Of a stretch of 38,758 nucleotides of DNA, positions 38,463 to 38,758 are shown one piece after another (the stretch's first letter is position 1; each line of letters begins with the position of its first letter). Source of the DNA: a virus. The stretch lies in IMG/VR virus record IMGVR_UViG_3300045988_145590; one strand, written 5' to 3'. The position numbers and the translations under genes were made by a program. A model generated the notes under the pieces. It worked only from the letters and a program-made list of their open reading frames with translations. It was not told where the DNA came from and did no database searches.

Positions 38463-38758
38463 ATGAAAAATGCTAAACGACTATTTATAGAACAGTTTAA
38501 AGCTAACGGCACTTTATCTGATATTACGTTTAAAGAACTTGTTGAAAAGTACTTGTTATCCTATAAAAGAGGAAAGGAATCAACAAAAAGCCAAAGATAT
38601 AACCAGTAAAGGACTTCAACTTTTTATTCATGATGAAAAAGAATTATTTGAAAAATATATAAAGAAAATCTTTTATGCAATAAAACAAGTATTTGATTAC
38701 GGAGTCCAAGAAAAATACGTTACAGATAATCCTATGAAAAATGTAGTTCGTACCATTG
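38463..38758 (+). pseudogene. int: integrase N-terminal region, interrupted by a +1 frame change (or a sequencing indel) at the A5 run 38585-38589
   Basis: Frame A (ATG 38463) reads MKNAKRLFIEQFKANGTLSDITFKELVEKYLLSYKRGKESTK and stops at 38607-38609. Frame A+1 reads ..AKDITSKGLQLFIHDEKELFEKYIKKIFYAIKQVFDYGVQEKYVTDNP and joins the catalytic part at 2-856. Confidence 0.6.
38691..38758. repeat. terminal overlap, copy 2 (identical to 1-68)
   Basis: Exact 68-nt identity. Confidence 0.95.

Larger units (their letters stand above)
1..38758. mobile_element. complete temperate tailed-phage genome (siphovirus-type tail, HK97-type head), circularly closed contig
   Basis: Integrase, CI/Cro-type switch, late regulator, lysis cassette, terminase, portal, protease, capsid, tail and tape-measure genes are all present. 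The window ends overlap by 68 identical nt. Confidence 0.85.

Overview
The window is a complete, circularly closed genome of about 38,690 unique bp. Nt 1-68 repeat exactly at 38691-38758. It is a temperate siphovirus-type phage or prophage from an AT-rich, Gram-positive (Bacillota-like) background.

Gene order from the junction:
- A tyrosine integrase spans the junction. Its N-terminal part is at 38463-38758 and has an apparent +1 frame break in an A5 run.
- A reverse-strand, stand-alone SIR2-like gene sits in the integrase/repressor moron slot.
- A CI-like repressor switch follows, with consensus divergent promoters.
- The early region is very mosaic: DUF2829-like and YjcQ-like genes, small membrane proteins, a Cro-like HTH, and an ORF-poor, hairpin-rich stretch of about 0.4-0.7 kb.
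- A plasmid/IME-like module comes next: an Xis-like HTH, a 25-bp stem-loop, an HUH rolling-circle Rep translationally coupled to a second Xer-like tyrosine recombinase, and 23-nt inverted repeats.
- Then a PcfK-like/PcfJ-like pair and many small ORFs, including reverse-strand morons with their own promoters.
- An ArpU/RinA-type late regulator is followed by five phased 11-bp TGTCAAAAA repeats.
- The late operon is unusually ordered: holin, TM protein, GH25 endolysin, an orphan TerS-like gene, a 1354-aa tail fibre with an S74 chaperone domain, an HNH/P-loop fusion, a putative cos with a C8 tract, P27-type TerS, TerL, HK97-type portal/protease/capsid, head-tail adaptors, major tail protein, a chaperone with an A_AAA_AAG slippery site, tape measure, Dit and Tal-like genes.
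- The window ends with a Rha-like antirepressor, a second XRE switch with small hydrophobic peptides, and an A-rich putative attP.

No rRNA, tRNA or CRISPR array was seen.

Best candidates for something new:
1. The single-gene SIR2 protein, together with an ORF-less consensus promoter that converges on it.
2. The Rep plus tyrosine-recombinase module, flanked by long strand-specific stem-loops.
3. The ORF-poor structured region at about 5.1-5.8 kb.

All functional calls come from reading motifs by eye. No database search was run.
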